Below are positions 1 to 8,939 of a DNA stretch of 64,000 nt, piece after piece (position 1 is the stretch's first letter; each line of letters starts with the position of its first letter). Made by a program: the position numbers and the translations under genes. The DNA comes from Thermoanaerobaculia bacterium (GTDB lineage: Bacteria > Acidobacteriota > Thermoanaerobaculia > UBA5066): the NCBI GenBank assembly GCA_963719225.1, contig CAVRAY010000001.1, positions 3,328,001 through 3,392,000 of the forward strand. Reading direction: 5' to 3'. The notes under the pieces were generated by a model. The model saw only the letters and a program-made list of their open reading frames with translations. It was not told the origin of the DNA and searched no databases.

Positions 1-47
1 CCTGCATGCCGTATCACTGTACGTCTCGCCGAGGAGGGGATCTAAAG

Positions 48-123
<76 letters not shown>

Positions 124-140
124 ACGACGGAGGGACGCGA

Positions 141-169
141 AAGGTAGCACCCGGCCGACGTGGGGTCAA
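141..169 (-). promoter_or_regulatory. sigma70-type promoter of the tRNA
   Basis: TTGACC-17 bp-TACCTT with TG extended -10, just upstream of the tRNA 5' end. Confidence 0.6.
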
Positions 170-211
170 ACGAGCGCAGTGAAGGTAGGATTCCCGCCCG
201 AGGAGGCGCCG

Positions 212-1087
212 ATGCGTTGGAACGAAGGCGGCGGGGTCAGTCCTGACATCGAGGATCGGCGCGGCGAGGGCGGAGGATTCGGGTTCGGCGGCGGAGGTTT
301 CCGCCTCGGGTGCGGCGGCATCATCCTTCTCGCGATCCTCAGTCTCGTCTTCCGGAAGAACTTCTTCGCTCTTCTCGACGGCGGCTCGGGCAGCCCCCCC
401 GCCGCCGACGTCACGCACTCCGGGCCGCCCGTCTCGCAGTCGGCCGAAGACCAGCAGCGCGTGAAGTTCATCTCGTTCGTCATCGACGACGTCCAACGCA
501 CCTGGGAAAAGGAGTTCCCGAAGCTCGGCGGCACGTACCGGCACGCGAAGCTCGTTCTCTTCCGCGACGCGACGCGCTCCGGCTGCGGATTCGCCGAGGC
601 GACGAGCGGCCCGTTCTATTGTCCCGCGGATCAGAAGGTTTATCTCGATCTTGGCTTCTTCGACGAACTGCGCTCGCGCTTCGGGGTTTCGGGAGAGTTC
701 GCCGAGGCCTACGTCATCGCGCACGAGTTCGGCCACCACGTTCAGACTCTCCTCGGACTCGACGAAAAGGTCCGACGCGCCCAGGCGGAACGGCCGTCGA
801 TCAGGAGCGAGCTTTCGGTCCGCATGGAGCTCCAGGCCGACTGCCTCGCCGGGGTCTGGGGACACTCGACCGGCGAGCGGAACATTCTCGAAAAGGGAGA
901 CGTCGAGTCGGGTCTCGCGGCCGCGGCGGCCGTCGGAGACGACCGGTTGCAGAGAGCCGCGACCGGACGTGTGAATCCCGAGACGTGGACCCATGGCTCC
1001 TCGAAGGAGCGCACGGAGTGGTTCACGCGAGGGTTCCAGACGGGTCAGGTGTCCGCCTGCGACACCTTCGCCCGCGGCTCACGCTGA
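212..1087 (+). CDS. ypfJ: neutral zinc metallopeptidase, YpfJ family
   Basis: MRW..S.DIEDRRG N-terminus, GPFYCPAD, AHEFGHHVQ (HExxH), ELQADCLAG, WTHGSS; AGGAGG SD before ATG 212. Confidence 0.9.
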   Translation: MRWNEGGGVSPDIEDRRGEGGGFGFGGGGFRLGCGGIILLAILSLVFRKNFFALLDGGSGSPPAADVTHSGPPVSQSAEDQQRVKFISFVIDDVQRTWEKEFPKLGGTYRHAKLVLFRDATRSGCGFAEATSGPFYCPADQKVYLDLGFFDELRSRFGVSGEFAEAYVIAHEFGHHVQTLLGLDEKVRRAQAERPSIRSELSVRMELQADCLAGVWGHSTGERNILEKGDVESGLAAAAAVGDDRLQRAATGRVNPETWTHGSSKERTEWFTRGFQTGQVSACDTFARGSR

Positions 1088-1104
1088 CGCCGGTCCCTTC
1101 CGCC

Positions 1105-3057
1105 TCAGAGCTTGAAGCTCGCGAAAACCCTCCACTCGGACTGCGTCTTGCGCGCCTCGAAGAAGCCGGTGTACGTCGTCTTGCGGCTGTACCACGCATA
1201 TCCGGCCCCGATCCCGAAGCTTCGAATGACGGGGAGCCGCAGGCCGACGTTGAAGAACTGCAGTGTGTTCCTGTCCGAGCTTCCGTCCACGGTGCGAGCC
1301 CAGGCGATCGTATAGTTCGCGAACGCCCCTCCGCCCGCTTCGAGGTCGAGGCGCCCTCCGACGCGCACGCCGGCTCCGGGCGCGAAGTCGTAGGTGCGGC
1401 CGGTCGCTGGGTCGGCGAAGTCGGTGGTCTGGATCCCGGCGAGCGGGTATGCCACGAGCCTGACGTCGCTCGTCGCGACGATCTTCGGCTGAAAGACGTA
1501 TCGCGAGGTCAGTCCCAGGCTCAGCGACTGGGCGCCGAAAACCTGCGATTCGTTGGAGAAGTACTCGTACTCCTGGTAGAGGCCGAGCACGTGGCGCACG
1601 CGGGCGGCCGGGTCGCTCAGCTCGCCCGCTTTCAGGGCGCCTCTTCCCTCGACGCGCGCGATCACATCCCGGCTCGAGTTGAGGTCGATCTCGACCGAGA
1701 AGGAGTCGAAAGGCTTCCGGATGTCGCCGGCGAAGGGGTCGCCGGATGCCGCGCTCAGGCTGACGGTGAAGGCATTCGCGTCGGAAGGGCCGTTGTTGAA
1801 CTTCCGATAGCCGACGTCACCGGCCGCCCGGAAGCCCTTCGGGAAACGCTCGTCCGGGTTGGGCGAGGCGCCCGTCGTCTCCCCGCGGAGCAGCCGGTTC
1901 AGGCCGCCGACCGGATCGACGACCCCGCCCGCGAGCTCGCGCCAGAAACGGTTTGCGCCGCTCGCCGTGTTGTCCCGGATCATCACCGCGACGCGGTGGG
2001 TGATCTCGCCGAGAGCCATGCCGCCGAGCGTCGTGTTCACGAGGTCGTTGATCGAGGGACGCGTGTTCTCCATGCAGCATTCCCAGACGAAGCTTCCGAC
2101 GAGGGCGAATCCCGCCGATTGCCAGAAGGTGAATCCGTTCGACCGGGCCGCGTTGAAGTAGAGGCCCCCGTGGTACGGGTGCGCCGCCTGATTCGTACGG
2201 AAAACGTCCCGGTCGAATCCGAATCCGTTCCGGAAGTTCTCGCGGACCGAGTGAAGAGAGATGACCGCGAAGTCCTCCCGCGTGACGTATCGGTCGAAGG
2301 CCCAGGGAACGAGCTCCACGAGCGCCAATTCGCCGGCAGCAGCCCAGAAGCGTTTCGACGCCGGCCAGTCCGCGGCCGTCGTCGGCGGCACGGCGGGCGC
2401 CGCTTCGCGGGTTCCGTCGGGCGCGACGTTTCCGAAGCGATACGAGAGCCCCCCGGTGATCTCGGCGCTCGACGTGAGGCCGGTGCTGAAGCCGTAGCAG
2501 CCCGCGGGGCCGCAGACGAGCGCGCTCCGGGATGATTCTCTGAACCGATACCGGGCGTCGGCTCGAAGCACGACGTTCTCGCCGAGGGCGAGCTTCCCTC
2601 CGAGGGCGATGTTCGCCGAGAAGCGGGTTTGAACTTCGTTCGCGACCCCGCCCACGTCGGGGTGCAGGGTCATCGCACCCGCACCGAGGCCGAGGTAGCC
2701 CCGCGCGGCGCCGCGGCCGAACCCGAAGAGGCTGTCGAGCTCGTACGTGGTGATGTCGATCCGCGCCGAGGGTGTTCGAGGCTCTCCGGAAACTGCGTCG
2801 AGCGTGTCGAGCTTGCCGCGCGTGCGCGAGAATGCCGCCTCGAGGCTGAAAGAACGGCTGACCTCGTACGCCCCTCGTAAACCATAAGTGAACGAGCGGC
2901 CGATCCGGACGTCCGACGACGGGTCGAGAAAGATCCGGGTCCCGAAGGAACCACCGCCGAAGAGGCCGAATTCCCACCGCCCTGCACTCTGCGCGCGCGA
3001 AGGCCCCGCAACGATCAGGGCCAGCGGCAGGACGACGAGGCTGGCGGTACGCTTGAT
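1105..3057 (-). CDS. exported protein: N-terminal outer-membrane beta-barrel fused to DUF3943-like domain
   Basis: Signal peptide-like (I/M)KRTASLVVLPLALIVAGPSRAQ; amphipathic beta strands; NQAAHPYHGGLYFNAARSNG and PSINDLVNTTLGG motifs typical of DUF3943; start placed at ATC 3057 (see findings). Confidence 0.7.
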   Translation of the reverse strand: MKRTASLVVLPLALIVAGPSRAQSAGRWEFGLFGGGSFGTRIFLDPSSDVRIGRSFTYGLRGAYEVSRSFSLEAAFSRTRGKLDTLDAVSGEPRTPSARIDITTYELDSLFGFGRGAARGYLGLGAGAMTLHPDVGGVANEVQTRFSANIALGGKLALGENVVLRADARYRFRESSRSALVCGPAGCYGFSTGLTSSAEITGGLSYRFGNVAPDGTREAAPAVPPTTAADWPASKRFWAAAGELALVELVPWAFDRYVTREDFAVISLHSVRENFRNGFGFDRDVFRTNQAAHPYHGGLYFNAARSNGFTFWQSAGFALVGSFVWECCMENTRPSINDLVNTTLGGMALGEITHRVAVMIRDNTASGANRFWRELAGGVVDPVGGLNRLLRGETTGASPNPDERFPKGFRAAGDVGYRKFNNGPSDANAFTVSLSAASGDPFAGDIRKPFDSFSVEIDLNSSRDVIARVEGRGALKAGELSDPAARVRHVLGLYQEYEYFSNESQVFGAQSLSLGLTSRYVFQPKIVATSDVRLVAYPLAGIQTTDFADPATGRTYDFAPGAGVRVGGRLDLEAGGGAFANYTIAWARTVDGSSDRNTLQFFNVGLRLPVIRSFGIGAGYAWYSRKTTYTGFFEARKTQSEWRVFASFKL

Positions 3058-3105
3058 GTTTGCCCCTTCGAGAAGAAAACGTGACGAGAGCTCCGAGGCT
3101 CGGCA

Positions 3106-3133
3106 GGGTACGTTTCTTGCTAAAGCCATGCCA
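3106..3133. promoter_or_regulatory. two opposing sigma54 (-24/-12) promoters sharing one GC
   Basis: + strand GGGTACGTTTCTTGCT (GG 3107-3108, GC 3119-3120); - strand TGGCATGGCTTTAGCA (GG 3132-3131, same GC); both GG-N10-GC. Confidence 0.55.
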
Positions 3134-4062
3134 TGAAAAGGATGCGAAAAAAGTCCGTTGTTGTTCGCGGAGTGATCGTCTGTGCGGCGCTCTGTATGGC
3201 GGCATCGACGGCGCACGGTCAGGAGCCGCCGGTTCCCGAGACGGCGCCTCCACCGACAGCGACCGAGGAACCAGCAGCGACCGAGGAACCGAAGCCGGAA
3301 CCCGCCCCGCCCGTCGCGCCTCCCGGCTTCCCGAAGATGGTGCTGCTCGACGTGCGTCACGTCATGCTCGAGCCGTTCCACTGGGAGGGACGCCAGTGGC
3401 TTCTTTTCGCTGGGTACACGGCGGCGGTCGCGGCAGCGAGCCCGGCCGATAGAACGTTGAGCAATCGGGCGCGCGCGAGCGATTACTCGTTCGGTACCGT
3501 CGGAGACACGTTCGAGGGGCTCGGCGACGCCCGCTCTTTCGTCCTCCTTGCCGGGTTCTACGGCGCGGGACTGATCGGGCACGACTCGAAGGCGAAGAAC
3601 GTCTGTCTCGATGGCCTCGCCTCGAGCCTCATCGCCTCGATCCTCATCACGCCGGTCATCTCCACGGCCGTCGGCCGCGAGCGTCCGACGGCCGAAGAGG
3701 GAGCCTACAGCTTCCGACCTTTCAACGGACGCTCCTTCCCTTCGGGCCACGCGACGCAGGTCTTCGCCGTCGTCTCGGTCATCGCCACGCACTACGACCA
3801 GTTCTGGGTCAAGGCGCTCGCGTACACGGCGGGGATCGCGGGGAGCTGGCCGCGGCTGCGACGAGGAAAGCACTTCCCGACCGATCTCCTCGCCGGAGCG
3901 ATCATCGGGACGGCGGTCGGACGCAGCGTCGTCCACTACAACGACAAGCTTCGTTCGGGCGAAGTCGAGGCGACGCGCCGCCGGGACGAGGGAGTCCGGC
4001 TGACGGTCTTTCCTCTCGTGCAAGGAGACGGGATCGGCCTGACGGGGACCCTTCGCTTCTGA
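3133..4062 (+). CDS. PAP2 family phosphatase with signal peptide
   Basis: AVGRERP, SFPSGHAT, R....HFPTD motifs of the PAP2 superfamily; start may be 3142. Confidence 0.85.
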   Translation: MKRMRKKSVVVRGVIVCAALCMAASTAHGQEPPVPETAPPPTATEEPAATEEPKPEPAPPVAPPGFPKMVLLDVRHVMLEPFHWEGRQWLLFAGYTAAVAAASPADRTLSNRARASDYSFGTVGDTFEGLGDARSFVLLAGFYGAGLIGHDSKAKNVCLDGLASSLIASILITPVISTAVGRERPTAEEGAYSFRPFNGRSFPSGHATQVFAVVSVIATHYDQFWVKALAYTAGIAGSWPRLRRGKHFPTDLLAGAIIGTAVGRSVVHYNDKLRSGEVEATRRRDEGVRLTVFPLVQGDGIGLTGTLRF

Positions 4063-4092
4063 GGCGGCGTCTCCCCTGGGAAGCGGTAATCC

Positions 4093-4108
4093 CGGCAAGC
4101 CTCTTGCA
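4093..4108 (+). promoter_or_regulatory. sigma54-type promoter
   Basis: CGGCAAGCCTCTTGCA = GG-N10-GC, 25 bp upstream of the lipoprotein gene. Confidence 0.5.
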
Positions 4109-4132
4109 CGTCTCCTGAGCGGAGGTAGTCCC

Positions 4133-4663
4133 TTGAAGAAGAAGACACCCCTGCTCATCCCCGTTCTCGCCGTCCTGTTTCTCGCCGGCTGCTCGAGCAT
4201 CGAGACGCACGTCGACTACGACCGCGGCGTGAACTTCTCCTCGTACCACACGTTCGCTTTCAAGGACGTTCGCGAAACCCGGAATCCGATCGGTACGAAG
4301 CGGGTCCGCGGGGCCATCGTGAGGGCCCTGTCCTCGCGCGGATACGCGGAAGCTCCAGACGGCACGCCCGATCTCTGGGTCGTCCTGCACACGCGCACGC
4401 ACCGCCAGACGCAGGTCACGACCTGGAACACGGGCTGGGGCTGGGGCTGGCGCTGGCGCAGCCCGTACTGGACCTCGGCGCGTGTCGAGCAGATCCCGGT
4501 CGGCACGCTCATGGTCGACCTCGTCGACACGAAGGCCAAGGAGCTCGTCTGGCGCGGCAGCGCGTCGCGGGTCGTCGACCCCGACGAGTCGCCCCGGTCA
4601 CGCGAAGAGCATGTGCAGAAAGCCGTCGACAAGCTCTTCGAAGGCTTTCCTCCGAAGCGCTAG
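4133..4663 (+). CDS. DUF4136 domain lipoprotein
   Basis: Lipobox LAGC, DYD...FSSYHTF, W/G-rich segment, GTL.VD.VD....LVWRG.A, C-terminal FPP; GGAGG SD before TTG. Confidence 0.85.
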   Translation: MKKKTPLLIPVLAVLFLAGCSSIETHVDYDRGVNFSSYHTFAFKDVRETRNPIGTKRVRGAIVRALSSRGYAEAPDGTPDLWVVLHTRTHRQTQVTTWNTGWGWGWRWRSPYWTSARVEQIPVGTLMVDLVDTKAKELVWRGSASRVVDPDESPRSREEHVQKAVDKLFEGFPPKR

Positions 4664-6520
4664 TCAGAACGCCTTTTCGACCCCGGCGAGGAAGCGGCGT
4701 CCGGGCGCCGGAAAGCCGCTCGCCTCGGCATAGTCGCGCCCGAGAAGGTTCGTCACGCGGACGAACGGCGCGAGGTCGAGTGCGAGCGGCGGCAACGTCA
4801 GAGACGCGTCGACTCTCAGGTACGACGGGTTCTCGACGAGCCTCGTGAAGTCGGCCGCGTCCCGGTCGGGGCGCCTGCCGACCCACATCGCCGTCAGGCT
4901 CACGGCCCCTCCCGAGACGAACGTCGTCCCCCAGGTCGCCGAGGCGCGGTGCCGGGGGCGCCTGAGGAGGAACGTGTCCGCGTCGAGGTCCTTCGCGTCG
5001 AGGTAGGTGTACGACGCGCGCACGAAAGAACGCGCCCCGACGGGGCTCCGAAGAGCCACCTCGATCCCGCGCGTCCGCGCCCTGCCGACGTTCAGGTTCG
5101 TGAGGGTGGCGGCATCGAAGTCGATGAGATCCCTCAAATCGATCCAGAAGCCCGAGACTTCCGCGACGAGTGCCCCCGCGAGCGTCTTTTCCAGTCCCAG
5201 CTCGTAGCCGTTCGACTTCTCGGGCCGGAGCGACGGGTTCCCGGAGAACGGGTAATACAGCTCGCCCGTCGAAGGCGCGCGAAACGCGGACCCGGCCGCC
5301 GCGCGGAGCTTCCACGAGGGCGCGATGCGCCAGGCGACCGTCACACGCGGGCTCACGGCGCTGCCGAACGCGTTGTGGTCGTCCCGTCGGATCCCTCCCG
5401 TCACGACGAGCCGCTCGCCCGCGAGGGCGATGCGATCCTCGGCGAAAAGCGCGAACGTGCGGGTCGAAGCATCGTCGAGGGCGACTCCGAAGTTGCTCTC
5501 GTTCGAGACGAGCGTCCGTTCCCAGTCCGCGCCCGCGGCGATCCGGTGCGCGCCGAGAACCGAAGCGAAGACGAGCCGTGCCCCGGCGCGCCGCGCGTCC
5601 GTCGAGGACGATGAGAAGAAGGAGTCGGGGTCGGCGAACTGGGGCCTGTCGCGTATGTAGCGCACCGAGGCCTCGAGAGAGAGATTCTTAGAAAGTGAAA
5701 GAGAGAACGGGACTTCCAGAGCAGCCGTCTCGGCGGAGGTCGAGCGCTGAGGGGTGGGATGGGCCCCATCCGTCGGGACGCCGGTCCGGCCGGCCTCGCG
5801 GCGGAGCAAGACGCCGACAGACGTGCCCTCTCCGAGCTGCGCCGTCAGCGTGCCCGAGAGCGTCGTTCCGGAGAAGAACTCGTTCGTCTGATCGCCCCAG
5901 GAGAGTGTCCTTCGAAAGCCGAATGTCCCCGAAAACACACCTTCCAAGAAACGTATTTCTCCGAGGCTTTCCTTCGCGCTTCCGTTCCCCATCGCGAAAG
6001 AGACGTTTCCCTTCAGCCCCGCATCGGCGGACCTCTTCGTGAAGACCCGCACGACGCCCCCGATCGCCTCCGAGCCGTAGAGCGCCGAAAAGGGCCCGCG
6101 CACGATCTCCACGCGCTCGACGTTCGCGACGGACAAAGCCGAGAGGTCCGTTCCGCCGAAATACGGGCTGTTCAGCGCGACCCCGTCGACGAGAACGAGC
6201 GTCTGCGTGGAGCTCGTCCCACGCAGGAAAAGGGAGGTCACGGTCCCGGGGCCGCCGGACTGCACGACGTCGAGGCCCGGCACCGTGCGCAGGAGGTCGA
6301 GGACCGTCGTGGCTTTCGACGCCGCGATCTCGGCGGAATCGATCACCGTGGCGGCGACGCCGAGGGTCGCTGCGGTTTCCGGCTCGGTCTCGGCCGAGAC
6401 GACGACGTCGGCGGCCAGCTTCGTCGCGCTCCGGGGCGGCACGGGCTGGGCGAGGAGCTCTGGCGCGAGAGAGACGAACAGCGCGCATGACGACCGGAGA
6501 AGAAAGAGACGGGACACCAT
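4664..6520 (-). CDS. btuB: TonB-dependent receptor, vitamin B12 transporter BtuB-like
   Basis: Plug motifs (LLRTVPGLDV, LVLVDGV, ERVEIVRGPFSALYGSEAIGGVV), C-terminal F, upstream cobalamin riboswitch, GGAGG SD before ATG 6520. Confidence 0.9.
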   Translation of the reverse strand: MVSRLFLLRSSCALFVSLAPELLAQPVPPRSATKLAADVVVSAETEPETAATLGVAATVIDSAEIAASKATTVLDLLRTVPGLDVVQSGGPGTVTSLFLRGTSSTQTLVLVDGVALNSPYFGGTDLSALSVANVERVEIVRGPFSALYGSEAIGGVVRVFTKRSADAGLKGNVSFAMGNGSAKESLGEIRFLEGVFSGTFGFRRTLSWGDQTNEFFSGTTLSGTLTAQLGEGTSVGVLLRREAGRTGVPTDGAHPTPQRSTSAETAALEVPFSLSLSKNLSLEASVRYIRDRPQFADPDSFFSSSSTDARRAGARLVFASVLGAHRIAAGADWERTLVSNESNFGVALDDASTRTFALFAEDRIALAGERLVVTGGIRRDDHNAFGSAVSPRVTVAWRIAPSWKLRAAAGSAFRAPSTGELYYPFSGNPSLRPEKSNGYELGLEKTLAGALVAEVSGFWIDLRDLIDFDAATLTNLNVGRARTRGIEVALRSPVGARSFVRASYTYLDAKDLDADTFLLRRPRHRASATWGTTFVSGGAVSLTAMWVGRRPDRDAADFTRLVENPSYLRVDASLTLPPLALDLAPFVRVTNLLGRDYAEASGFPAPGRRFLAGVEKAF

Positions 6521-6644
6521 GGAACACCTCCGTTCCGCCTGGCTCCGCCTTCCCATCGGAAAAGGCGGCGGCGTTTCCGGCAGGACACCGGAACAGCCGC
6601 GACTTCCCGAGCCCCGGAGAAGGCGTTGCGAAAAACGATGTCCT

Positions 6645-6840
6645 TCGAGCAGGTCTCCTGGCTCCCGGATCGTCCGCGCCCGGCCCCTTCCCGGCAGCGC
6701 AACCGGCCTCAAGGGACCGATCTCTCGCCGCCAGTGGATCTCGCCGGGCGCGTCCCCGGTCACAGTGGCGGGGGCCGCGCGGGAATCTCACCCGCTTCCC
6801 TCTTCGCGTGACGCGCGCACGGGCGCTCACGTTCGCCCCC
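6645..6840 (-). ncRNA. cobalamin (AdoCbl) riboswitch
   Basis: Minus strand has AGGGAAGCGGGTGAGATTCCC..GCCCCCGCCACTGTGA..CCACTG..GGGAAG..GAGCCAGGAGACCTGC (B12 box), upstream of btuB; ends approximate. Confidence 0.92.
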
Positions 6841-6930
6841 CGGAGGTCGAAAACTTTCAGGGGACTCGAGGACGATGAAAAGAACTGATGAAACCTTATC
6901 ACGCAGCCGACGCCGCGCGCGGCATTCGCT

Positions 6931-8856
6931 TCAGGTCGGTGTCGTGTCGAGAACTTCGCGCAGCTTCGCCGTGAGGTTCTGTTCGGTGAAGGGCTTGGGG
7001 AGAAACACGGGCCCGCCTTCCGTGCCGAAGTCAGCCGGGACGTCGGCCGTGTATCCCGACATGAACACCACCTTGATCGTCGGCCGCCGTGCCCTCACGC
7101 GGGCGGCCAGATCCCGCCCGTTCATTCCCGGCATCACGACGTCGGTCAGAAGGACGTGAATGACGCCGGAGTGCTTGTCGACGATCTCGAGCGCCGCGGG
7201 CCCGTCTTCGGCGGCGAGTACGGCGTACCCCTTTCGCTCGAGAACGGCACGCACGAGATTCCTGACCGCCGACTCGTCCTCGACGACGAGGATCGTCTCC
7301 GATCCGGGGCGGGAAGAGGCGCGCGGGCGAACGCCCGATGTCGCCCGCGCGTCGGACCGAGGAAAGTAGACACGAACGTCGGTTCCGGTGCCTGGCGCGC
7401 TCGCGACGTCCACGTAACCTCCGCTCTGCTTGATGATGCCGAAGATCGTCGCGAGGCCGAGGCCCGTACCCTTTCCCTTCTCCTTCGTCGTGAAGAAGGG
7501 CTCGAAGAGGTGTCCGAGCGTCTCGGCATCCATCCCGCTTCCCGTGTCCCGGACCAAAATGACGACGTACCTTCCGGGCGGAATCGAGTCGTGGGAGCTC
7601 GTGAACGGCGTATCGAGATTCACATTCGCCAGCTCGAGCGTCAGGCGGCCACCTCCAGGCATGGCATCACGGGAATTGACCGCGAGATTCAGGAGTACCT
7701 GCTCGACCTGCCCGGGGTCCGCCTTCACGCGGCCGAGTGTCGCGGGCCTCACGACGACGACCTCGATGTCCTCGCCGATCAGGCGCCGCAACATCTTTTC
7801 CGTGTCGGCGACGATTGCGCCGAGATCGAGGACGCGCGTCTCGAGGACCTGCCGCCGGCTGAAGGCGAGGAGCTGCTGCGTCAGGGCCGCGGCCCTCTCG
7901 GCCGCCCGGGCGATCTCTCCCACGCTCTCGCTGCGGCCCGCGTCGTTGGCGAGGGACGCCCCGAGCAACTCGGCGTAGCCTTGTATGACCGTCAGGAGAT
8001 TGTTGAAGTCGTGGGCGACTCCGCCTGCGAGGCGGCCCACCGCCTCCATCTTCTGGGCCTGGACGAGCTGCGCCTCGAGTCGTTTGCGTTCGGTGACGTC
8101 CCGGCCCGCCGTGTGCATGAAACGCTTACCGCCGATGGTGACGAGCCTGTTGTTGAACTCGACGACAACCTTGCTGCCGTTTTTTTTTCGAATCGGCGCT
8201 TCCGACAGGATTTGCTCGCCTCCCAGGATGCGCCCATGAAACGTGCGGTATGCCGCGAGGTCGGGTTCCTCGTGGAGATCCGGGATCCCCATCGAGAGCA
8301 GCTCCTCCCGGGAGTACCCCGTCAGCTCCGTCGCAGCGCTGTTGACGGCGACGAACCGTGCCTGCTCGTCGCTCACGAACACGGCGTCCCGCGAGCCCTC
8401 GAAGATGTGCCGCTGCCATGCGAGCGCCTCCTCCAGCTCGGCGTTGAGCCTGGAGACGTTCGCTTCGGCTAGCTTGCGCTCCGTGATGTTGTCGAACACG
8501 GCGACGAAGTGCCCCTTCTTCGGGCTGTAGGCGGAGATCGAGAACCAGATGCCGAGAGCGTCGAGGTAGACCTCGAATCTCTCCGGCGTGCCGGTCGAGG
8601 CCACCCGACCGTACGCTTCGAGCAGCGCCGGGCTCGACTCCCGGATTCCCGGGATGACTTCGCTGACCCTCCTGCCGACGACGCCTTTCAGTCCGGTCAG
8701 CCTCTCGAACGCGGAATTGACTTCGAGGTAGACGAAATCGTGCGGCTGCCCGTCTTCGTAGAGCATTTCGCAGTACGCAAAGCCGTCGAGCATGCTCTCG
8801 AAGAGGGAGCGGAAGCGTCTCTCGCTCTCGCCGAGCGCGTCGGTTGGCCTTCGCAT
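6931..8856 (-). CDS. cytoplasmic PAS-PAS hybrid histidine kinase/response regulator (CckA-like architecture)
   Basis: Two PAS/PAC domains, H-box AGGVAHDFNNLL, N-box NLAVNSRDAM, FEPFFTTK/GTGLGL, C-terminal receiver (VVED, DVVMP, KPF). Confidence 0.92.
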   Translation of the reverse strand: MRRPTDALGESERRFRSLFESMLDGFAYCEMLYEDGQPHDFVYLEVNSAFERLTGLKGVVGRRVSEVIPGIRESSPALLEAYGRVASTGTPERFEVYLDALGIWFSISAYSPKKGHFVAVFDNITERKLAEANVSRLNAELEEALAWQRHIFEGSRDAVFVSDEQARFVAVNSAATELTGYSREELLSMGIPDLHEEPDLAAYRTFHGRILGGEQILSEAPIRKKNGSKVVVEFNNRLVTIGGKRFMHTAGRDVTERKRLEAQLVQAQKMEAVGRLAGGVAHDFNNLLTVIQGYAELLGASLANDAGRSESVGEIARAAERAAALTQQLLAFSRRQVLETRVLDLGAIVADTEKMLRRLIGEDIEVVVVRPATLGRVKADPGQVEQVLLNLAVNSRDAMPGGGRLTLELANVNLDTPFTSSHDSIPPGRYVVILVRDTGSGMDAETLGHLFEPFFTTKEKGKGTGLGLATIFGIIKQSGGYVDVASAPGTGTDVRVYFPRSDARATSGVRPRASSRPGSETILVVEDESAVRNLVRAVLERKGYAVLAAEDGPAALEIVDKHSGVIHVLLTDVVMPGMNGRDLAARVRARRPTIKVVFMSGYTADVPADFGTEGGPVFLPKPFTEQNLTAKLREVLDTTPT

Positions 8857-8939
8857 CTAATCCATCTGCAACCAGAACATGGCCGCTCTCCCTGCCGGAG
8901 CGCGCGTCGCAACCTGGGGACGCCCTCTGCGGGCGCCGA

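Noticed and set aside
3256-3291. 18-bp tandem duplication in the PAP2 gene
   Set aside because: It encodes an ordinary Pro/Glu/Thr linker (ATEEP twice) with only two copies
3058-4200. N-terminal extension of the 1031-aa ORF
   Set aside because: It is the antisense shadow of the PAP2 gene; the signal peptide begins at 3057
6521-6763. N-terminal extension of btuB in the ORF track
   Set aside because: It runs through the riboswitch; SD and signal peptide support ATG 6520
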